Positions 1 to 13,323 are shown, counted from the first letter of the stretch. The stretch: 64,000 nt of DNA from Octopus sinensis (GCF_006345805.1 NC_043006.1:23560001-23624000); one strand, 5' to 3'. Notes: generated by a model not told the origin, from the sequence alone. A program made the numbers and translations.

Positions 1-2100
1 CTTCTATTTCATCCACCCCTCCCACTTTTATTCCATCCACCCCCTCTCCACTTCAGTCTGTTGTTACCATTGCCCCAGATCTTCCCCTCTCTGTGACGTA
101 GCGCTCCATCCTCAGTAGGGGTCAGTGTTTCATCCCCTTCACTCCATCCTGTAAGGAATTTCAGACTCGTACTGATATCCACAGCTTTGTGTGCCGCATT
201 AGATTGTGTGCGCTTTTCCGCGACACTCCACCCGCATCAAACGAGGAGGGCTGCTTCACTGACCTGGGCCGCCGTCCACCCCAGTGGACGCCTGCTCCTG
301 GCCAGTTCCAAGCAGTGGATCTTTTTGCGGGCGCCTGCCAGCGCGCTGTGGACCGGTTCAACTTCTTCAGGCGTCCCTGTCGTCTCAACATCTCCCCAGC
401 CGAACTCTCGGCTCTTCGTTCCCTCCAACGGCGCACTGACATCGTTATTAAACCGGTCGACAAGGGTGGAGCAGTAGTGGTATGGCGTGCAGACCTCTAC
501 AAGGCCGAAGCTCTCCGCCAACTCCATGACACCTCCTTCTACTGCCCTCTGACCTCACGCCCAGTTACCAACAGACGGTCTCTTCTACCATCCATGACCT
601 CACCTCGTCCTCCCGTCTCCTCCACACCGCATCCAACCTCATTGTCCGAACCCCCACCATTTACTTCCTCCCCAAAATCCACAAACCCAACAACCCTGGC
701 CGCCCCATCGTCTCCGCCTGTAACTGCCCCACCAAGCTTATCTCCAAATATCCCGACCGTGTCCTCGCCCTCCCCTAGTGGCTTCTCTTCCTTCTTACAT
801 CCATGACACCAACCATGCTCTTCGTTTATTCAACTCTTTCTCCTTCCCTCCTACCTCCTCCAAACTTCTCTTTACACTGGACATCCAGAGCCTCTACACT
901 GAGATCCGTCACCACGAGGGGATGCGTGCACTGAAACACTTCCTGGACCTCCGACAAAACCCCAACCCGATACCTCCACACTCGTTCGTCTGGCCGAACT
1001 TGTCCTCTCACTCAACTGCTTCTCGTTCTACCGGCTGGTCTCGGGAGTGGCCATGGGAACGAGAATGGGCCCCAACTATGTGAACCTGTTCGTTGGCTAT
1101 GTTGAGGCCCAAATATTCTCCAGTTTCACTGGTCCCACTCACGAACTATATGGCCGTTATATTGACGACTGTATCGGTGCCACCTCACTCTCCCGCGAAC
1201 ATCTAGACTCCTTCCTCTCTTTCGTCAAATTTTTCCATCCTGCCCTCCACTTCTGCACTATTTCTGACACCTGTCTCCTTTCTTGACATTGTGGTTAGCA
1301 TTCATCACTCCACTCTTACCATCTCCATCCACTACAAACACAGACTCACACTTCAACTTCTCCTCCTCCCACCCTAAACACACCAAGCTTTCCATCCCCT
1401 ATTCCTCCGTCTACACAGGCTCTGTAGTGACGACCATGATTTTGAGACTCTGCTCTCTCCCCCTGAACCCACCCTGCAGTCCCCCACCTCCCTTTTCCTC
1501 TCACTTACCACCCCACCACCCTACATCTTCAACACATCATTTTCCGAGCTTTCCGGCATCTCCAGTCCGACCCGTCCACTTCACACATCTTCCCTAACCG
1601 ACCCCTCCCCTCCTTCAAACGAGCCCACAACCTACGAGACCTCTTGGTCCACAGCTTCTTTTCCAACCTGGCTCGTTCCCCTGCTCCAGCCCATGCTTCC
1701 GCACTTGCCCTTACCTCTCCAACACCACCCTCCTCACCGACACCCATCATCGACCCTATCGCATCACCGACTCCTTCACCTGTACCTCCAGCAATATCAT
1801 CTATCGCATTTCCTGCTCTCTCTGTACATCGGACAAACAGGATGCCGCTTAGCTGACCGGATTGCGGAACACTTCCGAGACATCCGCCTCGGCAATGACA
1901 TCCCGGTCTCACGCCATTTCCACTCCACAGGTCACTCCTTGCAACACCTATCTGTGTTCAGATCGTCCTTGCACAGAGGCCATCTGGACTTCCGTTTGCA
2001 CCGTGAACAGGGATTAATCTTCTCTCTTTGCTCTTTTACGCCATGTGCTCAACTCTCCTCCCCTCATCTAACCTCGTCGCCTTGCCTCTTTCCCCCTCCC
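1..2100 (+). mobile_element. Decayed Penelope-like retroelement (RT plus GIY-YIG endonuclease; Neptune-type Cys linker), frameshifted, 5' end possibly outside the window
   Basis: Motifs across shifted frames: IVIKPVDKGGAVVVW, YFLPKIHKPNNPGRPIVSACNCPT, LFTLDIQSLYT, GVAMGTRMGPNYVNLFVG, YGRYIDD, Cys linker CSSPCFRTCPY...FTCTSSNIIYRISC and LYIGQTGCRLADRIAEHFRDI...VSRHFHSTGHS. Confidence 0.92.
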
Positions 2101-2329
2101 TCCTACTTCCTCCCACCCAACTGTACTCTCTTGCCCTGACTCCTACTTCTCTTCACTCCTTTATCTTTTCACCCCTACTCTCCGCTCTCCTTCTCTCCTA
2201 TCCAACTCTCCTCTCTTGCCCCAACTTCTACTTCTCTTCACCCCTACTCTCTTTCCCTCTTACTCTCTTTTTCTCTTTCTCTCTTCTCTTTTAATCTTTC
2301 AACCTCTCTCTCTTCTCTCTCTCCTCACA

Positions 2330-2456
2330 TACTCACAAGGCTTTGGCCAGCTCGAGACTATAGTAGACACTTGCCCAAGGTGCCATGCAGTGGGACTAAA
2401 CCTGGAACAATGTGGATTAGAAGCAAGCTTCTTAGCACACAGCCACACCAATGCCT
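2330..2456 (-). mobile_element. tRNA-derived SINE head fragment (long family with CORE-like CCTTGGGCAAGTG)
   Basis: Minus strand GGTGTGGCTGTGTGCTAAG...GGTTTAGTCCC A/B-box-like head; same family as 6930-7322. Confidence 0.75.
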
Positions 2457-3189
2457 ATTTATATTATATATATATATATATATATATATCTAATATATAT
2501 AATAAACCTTGATGATCAACTGGCCCAACAATCATATAAAAGTGGAAAATAAAGCAAAGAAACAAAGACAACCAGAAAAATTTAAAAAACAAAAACAATT
2601 TGAAATATTCTTAGATTTTATTTGATTTTTATATATTTTTCAATAAGTTTGTTCAAAGTCTTTGATTTTGTTTTGTTTTTACCTTTTTTATTAAAGATTT
2701 CCGATAAAGCAAACATATATACATATATATATATATATGTATATATATGTATATATATATATGCACATTCACCCATGCATCCAAACCTCATGTACAGACA
2801 CACAGGCATACACACCCCACACATAGCTTTCTTTATTTGTGTAATCTTTTGTCCTTCTGTAATCAATTTGTGTACCTGTGTGTGTATGTGTGTTCGTTTT
2901 TACTCTATTCAAAAATATGAAAAAATATTCAATAATTATACATATATATATATAATTTGTAATTTAAGGAGCGTACATTTATAAGGCAAATTGTCTTGAA
3001 AACCTGTTCATATATACATACATACAACACACAAAACTACCTACTTAAAAATATCTAAACCATTTAAAAATTTTATGTGTGTGTGCATATATATAATATA
3101 TATACATATATTTATATATCAAGCACACTTTGAAGTACATTCATAGACAGATCTACTGATATGCATATACACACACGTAAACATGTGTA

Positions 3190-3225
<36 letters not shown>

Positions 3226-3911
3226 CATACAGCTACTGATACAGTGACACATGTTTACCCAAAAATATATACATATATGTGTATGTGTTTATTATATTTA
3301 TATATGTATGCATGTGTGTATATATATTATATACACACACTGATAAACATATAAACACCCAGTTGCACCCTCAGATACTTGTATGTTAGTACGTGTGTAT
3401 GCATGCACATACATACATACATACATACACACCCACACACACATATATATATATATATGTATGTATGTGTATATGTCGAAGTAGGTTTCCAGCAAAGAAT
3501 TACATCATTGAGCGAGATACCAAAGGATTTTTTAAAAGAAACTTCTAACAAGACAGTACAGCAGAACTAAAAAGATAGGGGGAAGGGAGAGGAAGAAAGA
3601 GAGAGAGACAGAGAGAGCAAGGAGGGATATGGAAAGAGGGATAGGCATGCTGACATAAATCCCTGACTCTGTATACATCTGTGTGTGTGCATATGTATGT
3701 GTGTATGTATGCATGTATGTATATATATATATATATATACCACACACACGCACACACACATACACATTATTATGTGTGTTCTTTGTACTAGCTCACACGC
3801 ATATATGAGAGTCGAAGCTCTATTGGTTCGGCCAGGGTTCACATCTGATGGTGATGATGATGATAACCATGTTCATGATCGTAATTACTATTACAAAAAA
3901 ATAATTTGAAG

Positions 3912-3942
<31 letters not shown>

Positions 3943-4004
3943 GCAGTTGCTGTTGTTGTTATTATATTATCATTACTATTTGCCACTGATGTTAGCAGCC
4001 ACAC

Positions 4005-4260
4005 CTTTCCATCTCGATTGGTGCGCTCTTTCCTGCAGAAAATAATACGTCTGGAATCCAGGCAGACTGAAAAAAGCCACCAAGGAACTATGTATGGCAG
4101 CTGAAAATAGTTTCAGATAGCTTTGGTTGGCAACACACCACTTGTGGAAACCTTCCTTAACTGGAGACTAATTCAGTTCTCGCTACCCCACTATGGTGAA
4201 GCATACGGGCCAAGTGGCAAAAAAACTTGTGACCCTAGGATACTGGCTGATGATACAGAC
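4005..4260 (+). mobile_element. Possible 3' fragment of an RLE-type LINE (Hero-like)
   Basis: Degenerate translation FPSRLVRSFLQK...TKELCMAAENSFR*LWL resembles the C-terminus of RLE-LINE ORFs; weak. Confidence 0.3.
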
Positions 4261-4884
4261 AGGTTTCCAGTATTGCAACAGATTTAGAAAAGCTTGGAAA
4301 ATCTCTGAGAAGTTTCTGCCGTTTCTGCATGAAGCAAAGCATTTCTGATCTTTTCTTCAGCTTGAATGATATTTCATCTTTTGAGGCCAATAAAATAAAG
4401 TACCAGTTCTATTTTCACATCAACAGGATCAATGACGCACAACCCCCTCAAAAGTGCTGCCTCTGAGTCTAAATTAAAAACCTATTTTACGATTATTATT
4501 ATTATTATCATCATCATCATCATCATCATCATATTATTATTATTAATACAGAGCAAATAATTCACAAGAAAAAAATAACTTACAAAGATATCAGTGACTC
4601 TATTATTATCTAGTGTAACAATTTAAAAATGATAATAACAGAATCAGTAATATAGGCAATTGCAGGCCCAAAACAAGCATTAAATAGCTGAAGGATTAAA
4701 ATTAACCAAAGAACATACTACGTATGTGTACCTGCTGGAAATAACAGTCAAAACTATTATTATTATTATCATTTTCACTCATAATAAACCTACAGCCAAT
4801 TGTTTTTTGCAGGAGTGAAAAGTGTAGGTGAGAAAATCAACCTCAGTATATTACTGGTAGTGTCTAATCTACTCTGGAAATAAT

Positions 4885-5195
4885 AATGGTTTCAAATTTT
4901 GACACAAGGCCAGCAATTTCAATGAGGGGAACAAGTCAATTACATTGCCCTCCCCCCGCACCCTGGTACTTAATTTATCAACCCCTGAAAGTATGAAAGG
5001 CAAAGTCAACCTCAGCAGCATTTGAACTCAGAACACGAAGACGGATGAAATGATGCCAAGCATTTTGTTCAGCATGCTAACAATTCTGCCAGCTCACCAC
5101 CTTAATAATAATAATAATAATAATAATAATGAAAATAATAATAATAATAATAATAATAATCATAATAATAATAATAATAATAATGAAAATAATAA
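4885..5195 (-). mobile_element. Meta-domain-like SINE next to a (TAA)n tract
   Basis: Contains the reverse complement of GACTTTGCCTTTCAT...GGGGTTGATAAATTAAGTACCAG, shared by more than 15 copies in the window. Confidence 0.8.
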
Positions 5196-5484
5196 TTAGA
5201 CTAATAAAACTCATTGGTTTACGGAGATTTATGTTAAACTAATATCACAGTGAGAAATGCAGGGATATCAAATGATATAAGGACTGAGAAGCCAATGAAC
5301 ATAGAGTACTCGTTTGGAAATAAGTCACCTGACATCCCTTACAAGGGTCAAAGCTGGACAAAGGTCACTGGGAGTGAAACATCAAATTTTAAAATGGATT
5401 GAAACAGTCCTTTTTGTTTCCTTTACGAAGCTGACCGCTCCACAGAGTTTATATTAAGCAATCACAGCTATGTGTGTGGGAGTG

Positions 5485-5524
5485 TATATATTTAGAAAGC
5501 CACTTGTTATATTAAACATTCAGT

Positions 5525-5566
<42 letters not shown>

Positions 5567-5795
5567 CATGTATGCATGTATTTAGAAAGCCACTTGTTAT
5601 ATTAAACACTCGCATATGTGTGTGTGTGTGTGTGTATACTTAAGAAGACACTTCTTATAATAAAAACCGACAGCTATATACATCTGTTAATCTGTGTGTG
5701 TGTGTATACATATATATTTAGGAAGCCACTTCTTACATCAAACACCTATAGATATATGTGCTCTTATGTGTGAATACATGTGTGTGTGTGTGTGT

Positions 5796-5829
<34 letters not shown>

Positions 5830-5945
5830 CACACAGGAAGTCACTTCTTATATGAAACACTCACAGGTATATACATTTGTCTGTGTGAGTGTATAAATAT
5901 AAATATTTAGGAAGCCACTTCTTATATTAAACACCCACAGGTATG
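5485..5945. repeat. Degenerate minisatellite: about 27-bp motif TTAG(G/A)AAGCCACTT(C/G)TTATATTAAACAC x6, separated by (TG)n
   Basis: Motif at about 5491, 5581, 5640, 5718, 5835 and 5907. Confidence 0.8.
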
Positions 5946-6225
5946 TGTGTGCATCTATATACATATATATATATATACATATATATATACATATATATAT
6001 ATACATATATATACATACATATATATACATACTATATATACATACATATATATACATATATAATATACATATATATATATACATATATATATATACATAA
6101 TATATACATATATATATATACATATATATATATACATATAGATATACATATCTATATATACATATATATATATATATATAATATATATATATATTATATG
6201 TATGTATTATATATATATAACCTAT
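5945..6225. repeat. (TA)n/(TACA)n microsatellite
   Basis: Direct reading. Confidence 0.95.
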
Positions 6226-6504
6226 ATAGTACCTTTTTTTTAATAAACAGGACTAATATAGCTGTTTTCCATAAATGGGAAAATGATGAACAACGTAAAT
6301 TGATTTCGGAGTCTTAAAGGACTCACATCACAGGTGTCTACATCGGTTTGACCAATTCCAGAGAAATAAGCAGTCAAGCTGTTTATATACTCAACGATTA
6401 CAGTAGCCAGAAGAAAAAAGTGGGGCTACTAATTTGCACACCTTAAGTGTTAACACTTTATTTTAAATATCAGGGGCCTATACACACATGCACGCACACA
6501 TACA

Positions 6505-6569
<65 letters not shown>

Positions 6570-6852
6570 TCAGTAAAAGCAAAAGCATCTTGAATCCTGA
6601 ATGTAAGTCTGTCGTTTCGAATGTCTGATTCTTGAAATGAGATTCTTTCGACAACCATGAATATATGCAACTCAAGATTTACCAATTATTCAAAATGCTT
6701 TGCTTCTAATACCACTGAACGCACAATCAAGGTATTCCACGGTTAATAAACCGAAATGTTCCCTAGTTTGTGTGAAAAGTTTTTCTTTTCATTATGACAT
6801 ATACATATATATACAAATTCATACACACAAATATATATGTACACTTACATAA

Positions 6853-6895
<43 letters not shown>

Positions 6896-6904
6896 ATACA
6901 CACA

Positions 6905-9149
6905 CACACAACACAAATACATACAAATATATACTCTTTACACTTCTACTTGTTTCAGTCATTTGACTGTGGCCATGCTGGAGAGCATCACCTTTAGTCG
7001 AGTAAATCGACTCCAGGACTTATTCTTTTTAAGCCTAGTACTTATTCTATCGGTCTCTTTAGCCGAACCACTAAGTTACAGGGACGTAAACACACCAGCA
7101 TCAGTTGTCAAGTGATGTTGGGGGAACAACCACAGACAAACAAACATATACACACACATACATATATATAGATATACATGTATACGATGGGCTTCTTTCA
7201 GTTCCCGTCTACCAAATCCACTATTGCAGAAGACACTTGCCTGAGGTGCCACGCAGTGGGACTGAAACCAGAACCATGTGGTTCATAAGCAATCTACTTA
7301 CCACACAGCCACTCCTACGCCTATATATGTACACTTTCATATATTTATTTATATACATACACACACACACACACGCACAGATATTTGTGCCTGTGTGTAT
7401 ATGGACACACAGACACACTTTCTGCAATCCTTATCATACAGCCCTGTTATTTTTTACTTTTCTAAGAAGGTGTGACAGGCATTTAGACACCAGAAGGTTC
7501 GTAGGGTCAATCCTACCTAGCTCCAATGGATATGTGGGGTCAAGGAGCAGCATACAGTTTAAGCGTTTACTTTGTGTGTGTGTGTGTGTGTATGGTGCAT
7601 AGATATTCCTCTACCTGCCTTCAGAAAAATTTAAAAAAAAAAAAAAAACACCAATAAAATGCATTGGCACTGCAATATAAAAGGGAGGAGGAGGAGCAGG
7701 AAGAGAGAGAGAGAGTGGGGGGAAGGATGTTACACACCATATTAGGAAACACACCACTGCATGCCATGAAGTATGTCTCCCACCCACCTCCCTCTTCACC
7801 GTCACCAGTATTTTTTCTTTGTGTACAAATAAACACACACACACACATATTCACACAAATGCATACACACACATACACACGTGGTGTGTGCGCCATGCAC
7901 ACTGCATTAATGCACATTTATATATTTACATATATACATACATGCACACACACACTCACACACACATATACACACACATACACACACACACATATATATA
8001 TATTATATATACACAAATATATATATATATATATAATATTATATATATATATACCCACACAAACACACACAAATACATACAAATATATACTCTTTACACT
8101 TCTACTTGTTTCAGTCATTTGACTGTGGCCATGCTGGAGAGCATCACCTTTAGTCGAGTAAATCGACTCCAGGACTTATTCTTTTTAAGCCTAGTACTTA
8201 TTCTAATCGTCTCTTTAGCCGAACCACTAAGTTACAGGGACGTAAACACACACCAGCATCATTTGTCAAGTGATGTTGGGGGAACACCACAGCGACAAAC
8301 AACATATACACAACACATACATATATATAGATATACATGTATACGATGGGCTTCTTTCTTTCAGTTCCCGTCTACCAAATCCACTATTGCAGAAGACACT
8401 TGCCTGAGGTGCCACGCAGTGGGACTGAAACCGAACCATGAATGTGTTTCATAAGCAATCTACTTACCACACACGCCACTCCTACGCCTATATATGTACA
8501 CATTCATATTTATTTATATACATACACACACACACACACGCACAGATATTTGTTCCCTGTGTGTATATGGACACACAGACAACACTTTCTGCAATCCTTA
8601 TCATACAGCCCTGTTTTTTTTACTTTCTAAGAAGGTGTGACAGGCTTTAGACACCAGAAGGTTCGTAGTGGTCAATCCTACCTAGCTCCAATGGATATGT
8701 GGGTGTCAAGGAGCATATCAGTTTAAGCGTTTACTTTGTGTGTGTGTGTGTGTGTATGGTGCATAGATTATTCCTCTCCTGCCTTCAGAAAAATTTAAAA
8801 AAAAAAAAACACCCAATAAAATGCATTGGCACTGCAATATAAAGGTAGGAGGAGGAGGCAGGAAGAGAGAGGAGAGAGTGGGGGGAAGGATGTTACACAC
8901 CATATTAGGAAACACACACACTGCATGCCATGAAGTATGTCTCCCACCCACCTCCCTCTTCACGTCTTCACCGTCACCAGTATTTTTTCTTGTGTACAAA
9001 TAAACACACACACAACATATTCACACAATGCATACACACACATACACACGTGTTGTGTGCGCCATGCACACTGCATTAATGCACATTTATATATTTACAT
9101 ATATACATACATGCACACACACACTCCACACACACATATACACACACAT

Positions 9150-9184
<35 letters not shown>

Positions 9185-9225
9185 CACAAATATATATATA
9201 TATATATATATAAAAACACACATGC
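6905..9225. repeat. Tandem duplication of about 1.16 kb (two copies, each containing a SINE)
   Basis: TTTCAGTCATTTGACTGTGGCC at 6953 and 8110; colinear throughout; the second copy has many 1-bp indels. Confidence 0.92.
6930..7322 (-). mobile_element. Long (about 400 bp) tRNA-derived SINE, possibly the Octopus OK/OR type; other copies at about 8088-8488, 14095-14505, 21333-21665(+), 26765-27165, 48820-49000(+), 50860-51020, 56480-56880, 62615-62975, 63410-63565
   Basis: Head GGCGTAGGAGTGGCTGTGTGGTAAG...GGTTTCAGTCCC, internal (TG)n, tail GCCACAGTCAAATGACTGAAACAAGTA. Confidence 0.85.
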
Positions 9226-9301
9226 ACACAGGTAAATTTGCTTGTGCCTTCTGTTTTATACAAAAAAAAAAAATGAATTAAAAAAAATGCCAGGCCAAGG
9301 G

Positions 9302-9369
9302 TCAGAGGTCAATGTTTTTATGAAAGCCATCATATTTCCGCCTGTGTCGTTGTCGCTCGATTTGCGGAG
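9302..9369 (-). CDS. PACT-gene terminal coding exon ([22 protein letters not shown])
   Basis: Strong pyrimidine tract plus tttcag acceptor at 9370; TGA at 9304-9302 in phase 1. Confidence 0.68.
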
Positions 9370-9646
9370 CTGAAAATAGAGAGAAAGAAAAAGAAAATGT
9401 AGAAACAGAAACAAGTGAAAAGAGGGTTGATGTGGTTACTGTTTAACCTAAGTCATCCCACATTGAGCAGACATATGATCAAAGACACTCCAGCTGTGCC
9501 CAACCCAGCTCCAATGACCAATGTGTGTGTGTGTGTGTGTGTGTGTGATTGTGTTAAAGGTAGAAAAGCATAATCTGAAGAAGATTTGGCTGCTACTTCT
9601 AGCAGGTTCAATAGTAGTTCTTTTCTTGGCCCATCAGAAGTGAAAA

Positions 9647-9678
<32 letters not shown>

Positions 9679-9801
9679 GTGCGCGTGTGTGTTAAAGGTA
9701 GAAAGCATAATCTGAAGAAGATTTGGCTGCTACTTCTAGCAGGTTCAATAGTGGTTCTTTTCTTGGCCCATCAGAAGTGAAAATTTCTCTGTGTGTGTGT
9801 T

Positions 9802-9842
<41 letters not shown>

Positions 9843-10280
9843 ATGTGATTGTCATCATTTTAGCATGTATATTTTCCAGGCTTGCATCGATCTGACTAAA
9901 CTACTTTAGCCTCTGAGCATTTAGATTTCTCTGTCAAATGTAAAGCCTGTTTATCAACATTGCTTTGAATTAATCGTGCATCATCTCATAGCTTTGGGAT
10001 TTCGTTGATGTGATTATTTATTTTTAGAATGACATTGTAGGGCAGGTGTGAGAGGCTGGATCTGCCCTGTGTGAATATAAAAGTAGTAGGATATTTAGGC
10101 CAGATATGGCCGGCTTAAATGCTAAGGGCTTAAAGCTGGATACTTTCTTGATGGTAACCATAACTTATTTGCAAGCCAGGACGATAGGAAAATATAAACT
10201 TACTCATACATACATGCAAATAAATACACATGCGTGCACACGCACATATATATGTATATATACACACATACATATATATA

Positions 10281-10316
<36 letters not shown>

Positions 10317-12973
10317 TAGGGAGAGTTTACGAAAAAAACAAAAGAGGAAGACAGGTGGTGTACAAAACAAACAGATGTATTAGTATAACGCTCAGGAATA
10401 GAAAAAGTCTTTTACGTTTCGAGCCTATGCTCTTCTACAGAAAGCAACACAGAAAAAAACAAGGAGAGAAACAAGGAGAGAAAAAAAATGTGTGTAGTGG
10501 CTAACGATCAAAAGTATTGGACAACCGACAGCTATAAAAGAGGACACTGGTTAACAATGTCCCTGCTGGGGAACTGAACTCAGAAATATGTGGTTGGGAA
10601 ACTAGCTTCTCACCACATGACCATGTCCGCACCTGTAAACATTTTCAATCTTAAGTCACAATTCAACCGCATATACAAACAAATCTATAGAAAGCACACA
10701 GCAGATACTAAAGCTACTACTACTACTACTACACACACACAGACTCAAATTCGTAAATCAGCCAACCGGATCCAGCTTCCGTTCTAAAAAAAAAAATTGA
10801 AAAAGAGGAAAAAAAAAATCAGATAAAATAAGGGAGGTAACTCACAATGTCTCACTTGGTCGACGTTGCTTTGGACTTGTTCAAAACGTTGAGAGAGATC
10901 GTCACAATGTTGTATAGTACAGGGGGATTGGCGTTCACAGTTCGAACTCTGTGGAATGTCTCCGTTGTTAGTGGAAGAAGGCAGCCCCAGCAATTGTTGG
11001 TGATTAGGCAAACCGAGATTTCTGATCACGGATGGTGTGAGAGAGAGAGAGAGAGAGAGAGAGAAATTAGTAAAGAAACAAAGAGAGAAATAATATTGTA
11101 AAGGGAGATAACTCAGTAATGGAGACTTAGTTTCACGGTTACCAGTTACTATGTCTGCCATACAAACTTCTCGATGGTGGCTCAATCTTGCTAGAAATAT
11201 CAGCCAAATCTCCCACAGAATTATATCCTGAGTAGAAAAACTGAAATGTTGTGTCCCAGGTTACTCTTAACTAAGCAGATACATTCAAATTGGACGATTC
11301 AGTCTTTTCCTTCTTCAACAGTTTATTCTGGGCTATGTTTTCCTTTTCTAAATCTTGAGTACATACTATTGTCTGAGTGAGGTGGTAAGGGGGCTACTGG
11401 TAAGCTGGCACAATCGTTAGCACGCCGGGCGAAATGCATAACAGCATTTCGTCAGCCATTACGTTCTGAGTTCAAATTCCACCGAGGTCGACTTTACCTT
11501 TCATCCTTTCGGGGTCGATAAATTAAGTACCAGTTACACACTGGGGTCAATGTAATCGACTTAATCCCTTTGTCTGTCCTTGTTTGTCCTCTCTATGTTT
11601 AGCCCCTTGTGGGTAGTAAAGAAATAGGTAAGGGGGCTTCTGTCACTATTATCGTTTAACATCCACTATTCCATGCTTGCATAGGATGGATAGAATTTGT
11701 TGAGGCAGGTTTTCTATAACTAGATGTTCTTTTTGTTGCCAAACCATCAACTGTTCCCAAGATACACAGCACAAAAAAAATTTTTAAATTCAAGTACACA
11801 ATACAAAAAGCCTGTTGGAAGAGGATAAAAGATGAGATGAAGCAAAAAATAAAGGAGGAATTTTGGAGAAGCTGAGAAGAGCATCAGTAAGTTCTTTGGA
11901 ACAAAATAAACAGGAAAAAATCAATTCATGAAAGGGATTGAAACCAGAGAAAACCCCAATATTGAGATATTCTGGAGACATTCTTCAGTGGAAGAAATTG
12001 AAACTTGAAAGAATGGCTAAAGAGACCAGAAAGTTGTATTTAATAAAGTGGTGCTGCACGATTGTATGTACAAATGGGAGGGGAAGTAGAGAATGGTTTA
12101 CGTAACAGATACAGAATGTTTGATAGATTGAGGACTAGAGAAGTGTGTGGCAGGAGAGAAAATAGAAGCCTTTGCACACACACACCACAGCCTGAAAAGT
12201 TGGTAAATGGTGAATAAAATAGGGGAAAAGTGAGACAAGAAAAAGAAATACCAAGACTGAAATATCAAAAAAAACAATGGAAATAAAATGATTGGAACCA
12301 ACCAGGCTCCAATTTGATCTTGCAGTGTTTCTATAGCTGGATGACCTTCCTAACATCAATCACTTCGAGAGTGTAGTGGGTGCTATTTACGTGCCACTGG
12401 CACAGGTGCCAGTTGCAGCGAGGGGGCAGGCATCGACGACATTCAGCTGGTGCCTTTTATGTCCCACTGGCACAGGAGCCAGTCGCTGCAAGGGGACTGG
12501 CATCAACCACATTCAAATGGTACCTTTTACGTGCCACCGGGACAGGGATGTTGTTGTTTGTTTCTTCTTCAGCCATGCTTGGCTCATAAGGGCCGATTTA
12601 CCAGTTTCATTGGTGTATAGGTTCCCCACCTGGACGGGATGCCAGTCAGTCACAGGTGAGCAGCTAGATGCAAGAGGAAAGAGTGAGAGAAGGTTATGGC
12701 AAAAGAGTCAGCAGAAGTTTGCCATTAACTTCTGCCAGAGACGTGTGGAGCTTAGGTCTTTCATTCATAAACACAAACATTGCCCGGTCTGAGATTCAAA
12801 CCTGCTATCCCTCAATCACGAATCCGCAGCTCTAACCACTAGGCCACGTGCCTCTACATATGTATGTGTGTGTGTGTATACATATAGTTAAACTCCTGCT
12901 GCTACACAAAGTGATAGAGGAACATGCATCATACAGTATAGCATTATTACACACATATGTATATGTATATATA

Positions 12974-13005
<32 letters not shown>

Positions 13006-13269
13006 CATACACATATATACATGTGTATATATATATATGTGTGTCTGTGTGTGTATGTATGTATCACGTGATCACGTGACCAACCAGACCATCAGATGTT
13101 GTTACACATCGCTGGTCACAATGCGCTTCGCATTGTTTTAGCCTTCGAATATCACCACCCTGCTGGCTAAGCGAGCAGGCCAACAGAAGAAAAAGTGGGA
13201 GAAAGAGTGGTGAAAGAGTACAGCAGGGATCACCACCCCCCGCTGGAGCATTGTGGAGCTTTATGTATG

Positions 13270-13323
<54 letters not shown>

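Noticed and set aside
5485-5945. CRISPR-like repeat/spacer pattern
   Set aside because: Repeats are degenerate and the spacers are just (TG)n/(TA)n.
2600-9290. Many 60-210-aa ORFs rich in Y/I/H/T/C/V
   Set aside because: Translations of (TA)n/(CA)n microsatellites and SINEs with no protein-like composition; the same applies at 12.8-13.4, 22.2-25.0 and 36.6-37.1 kb.
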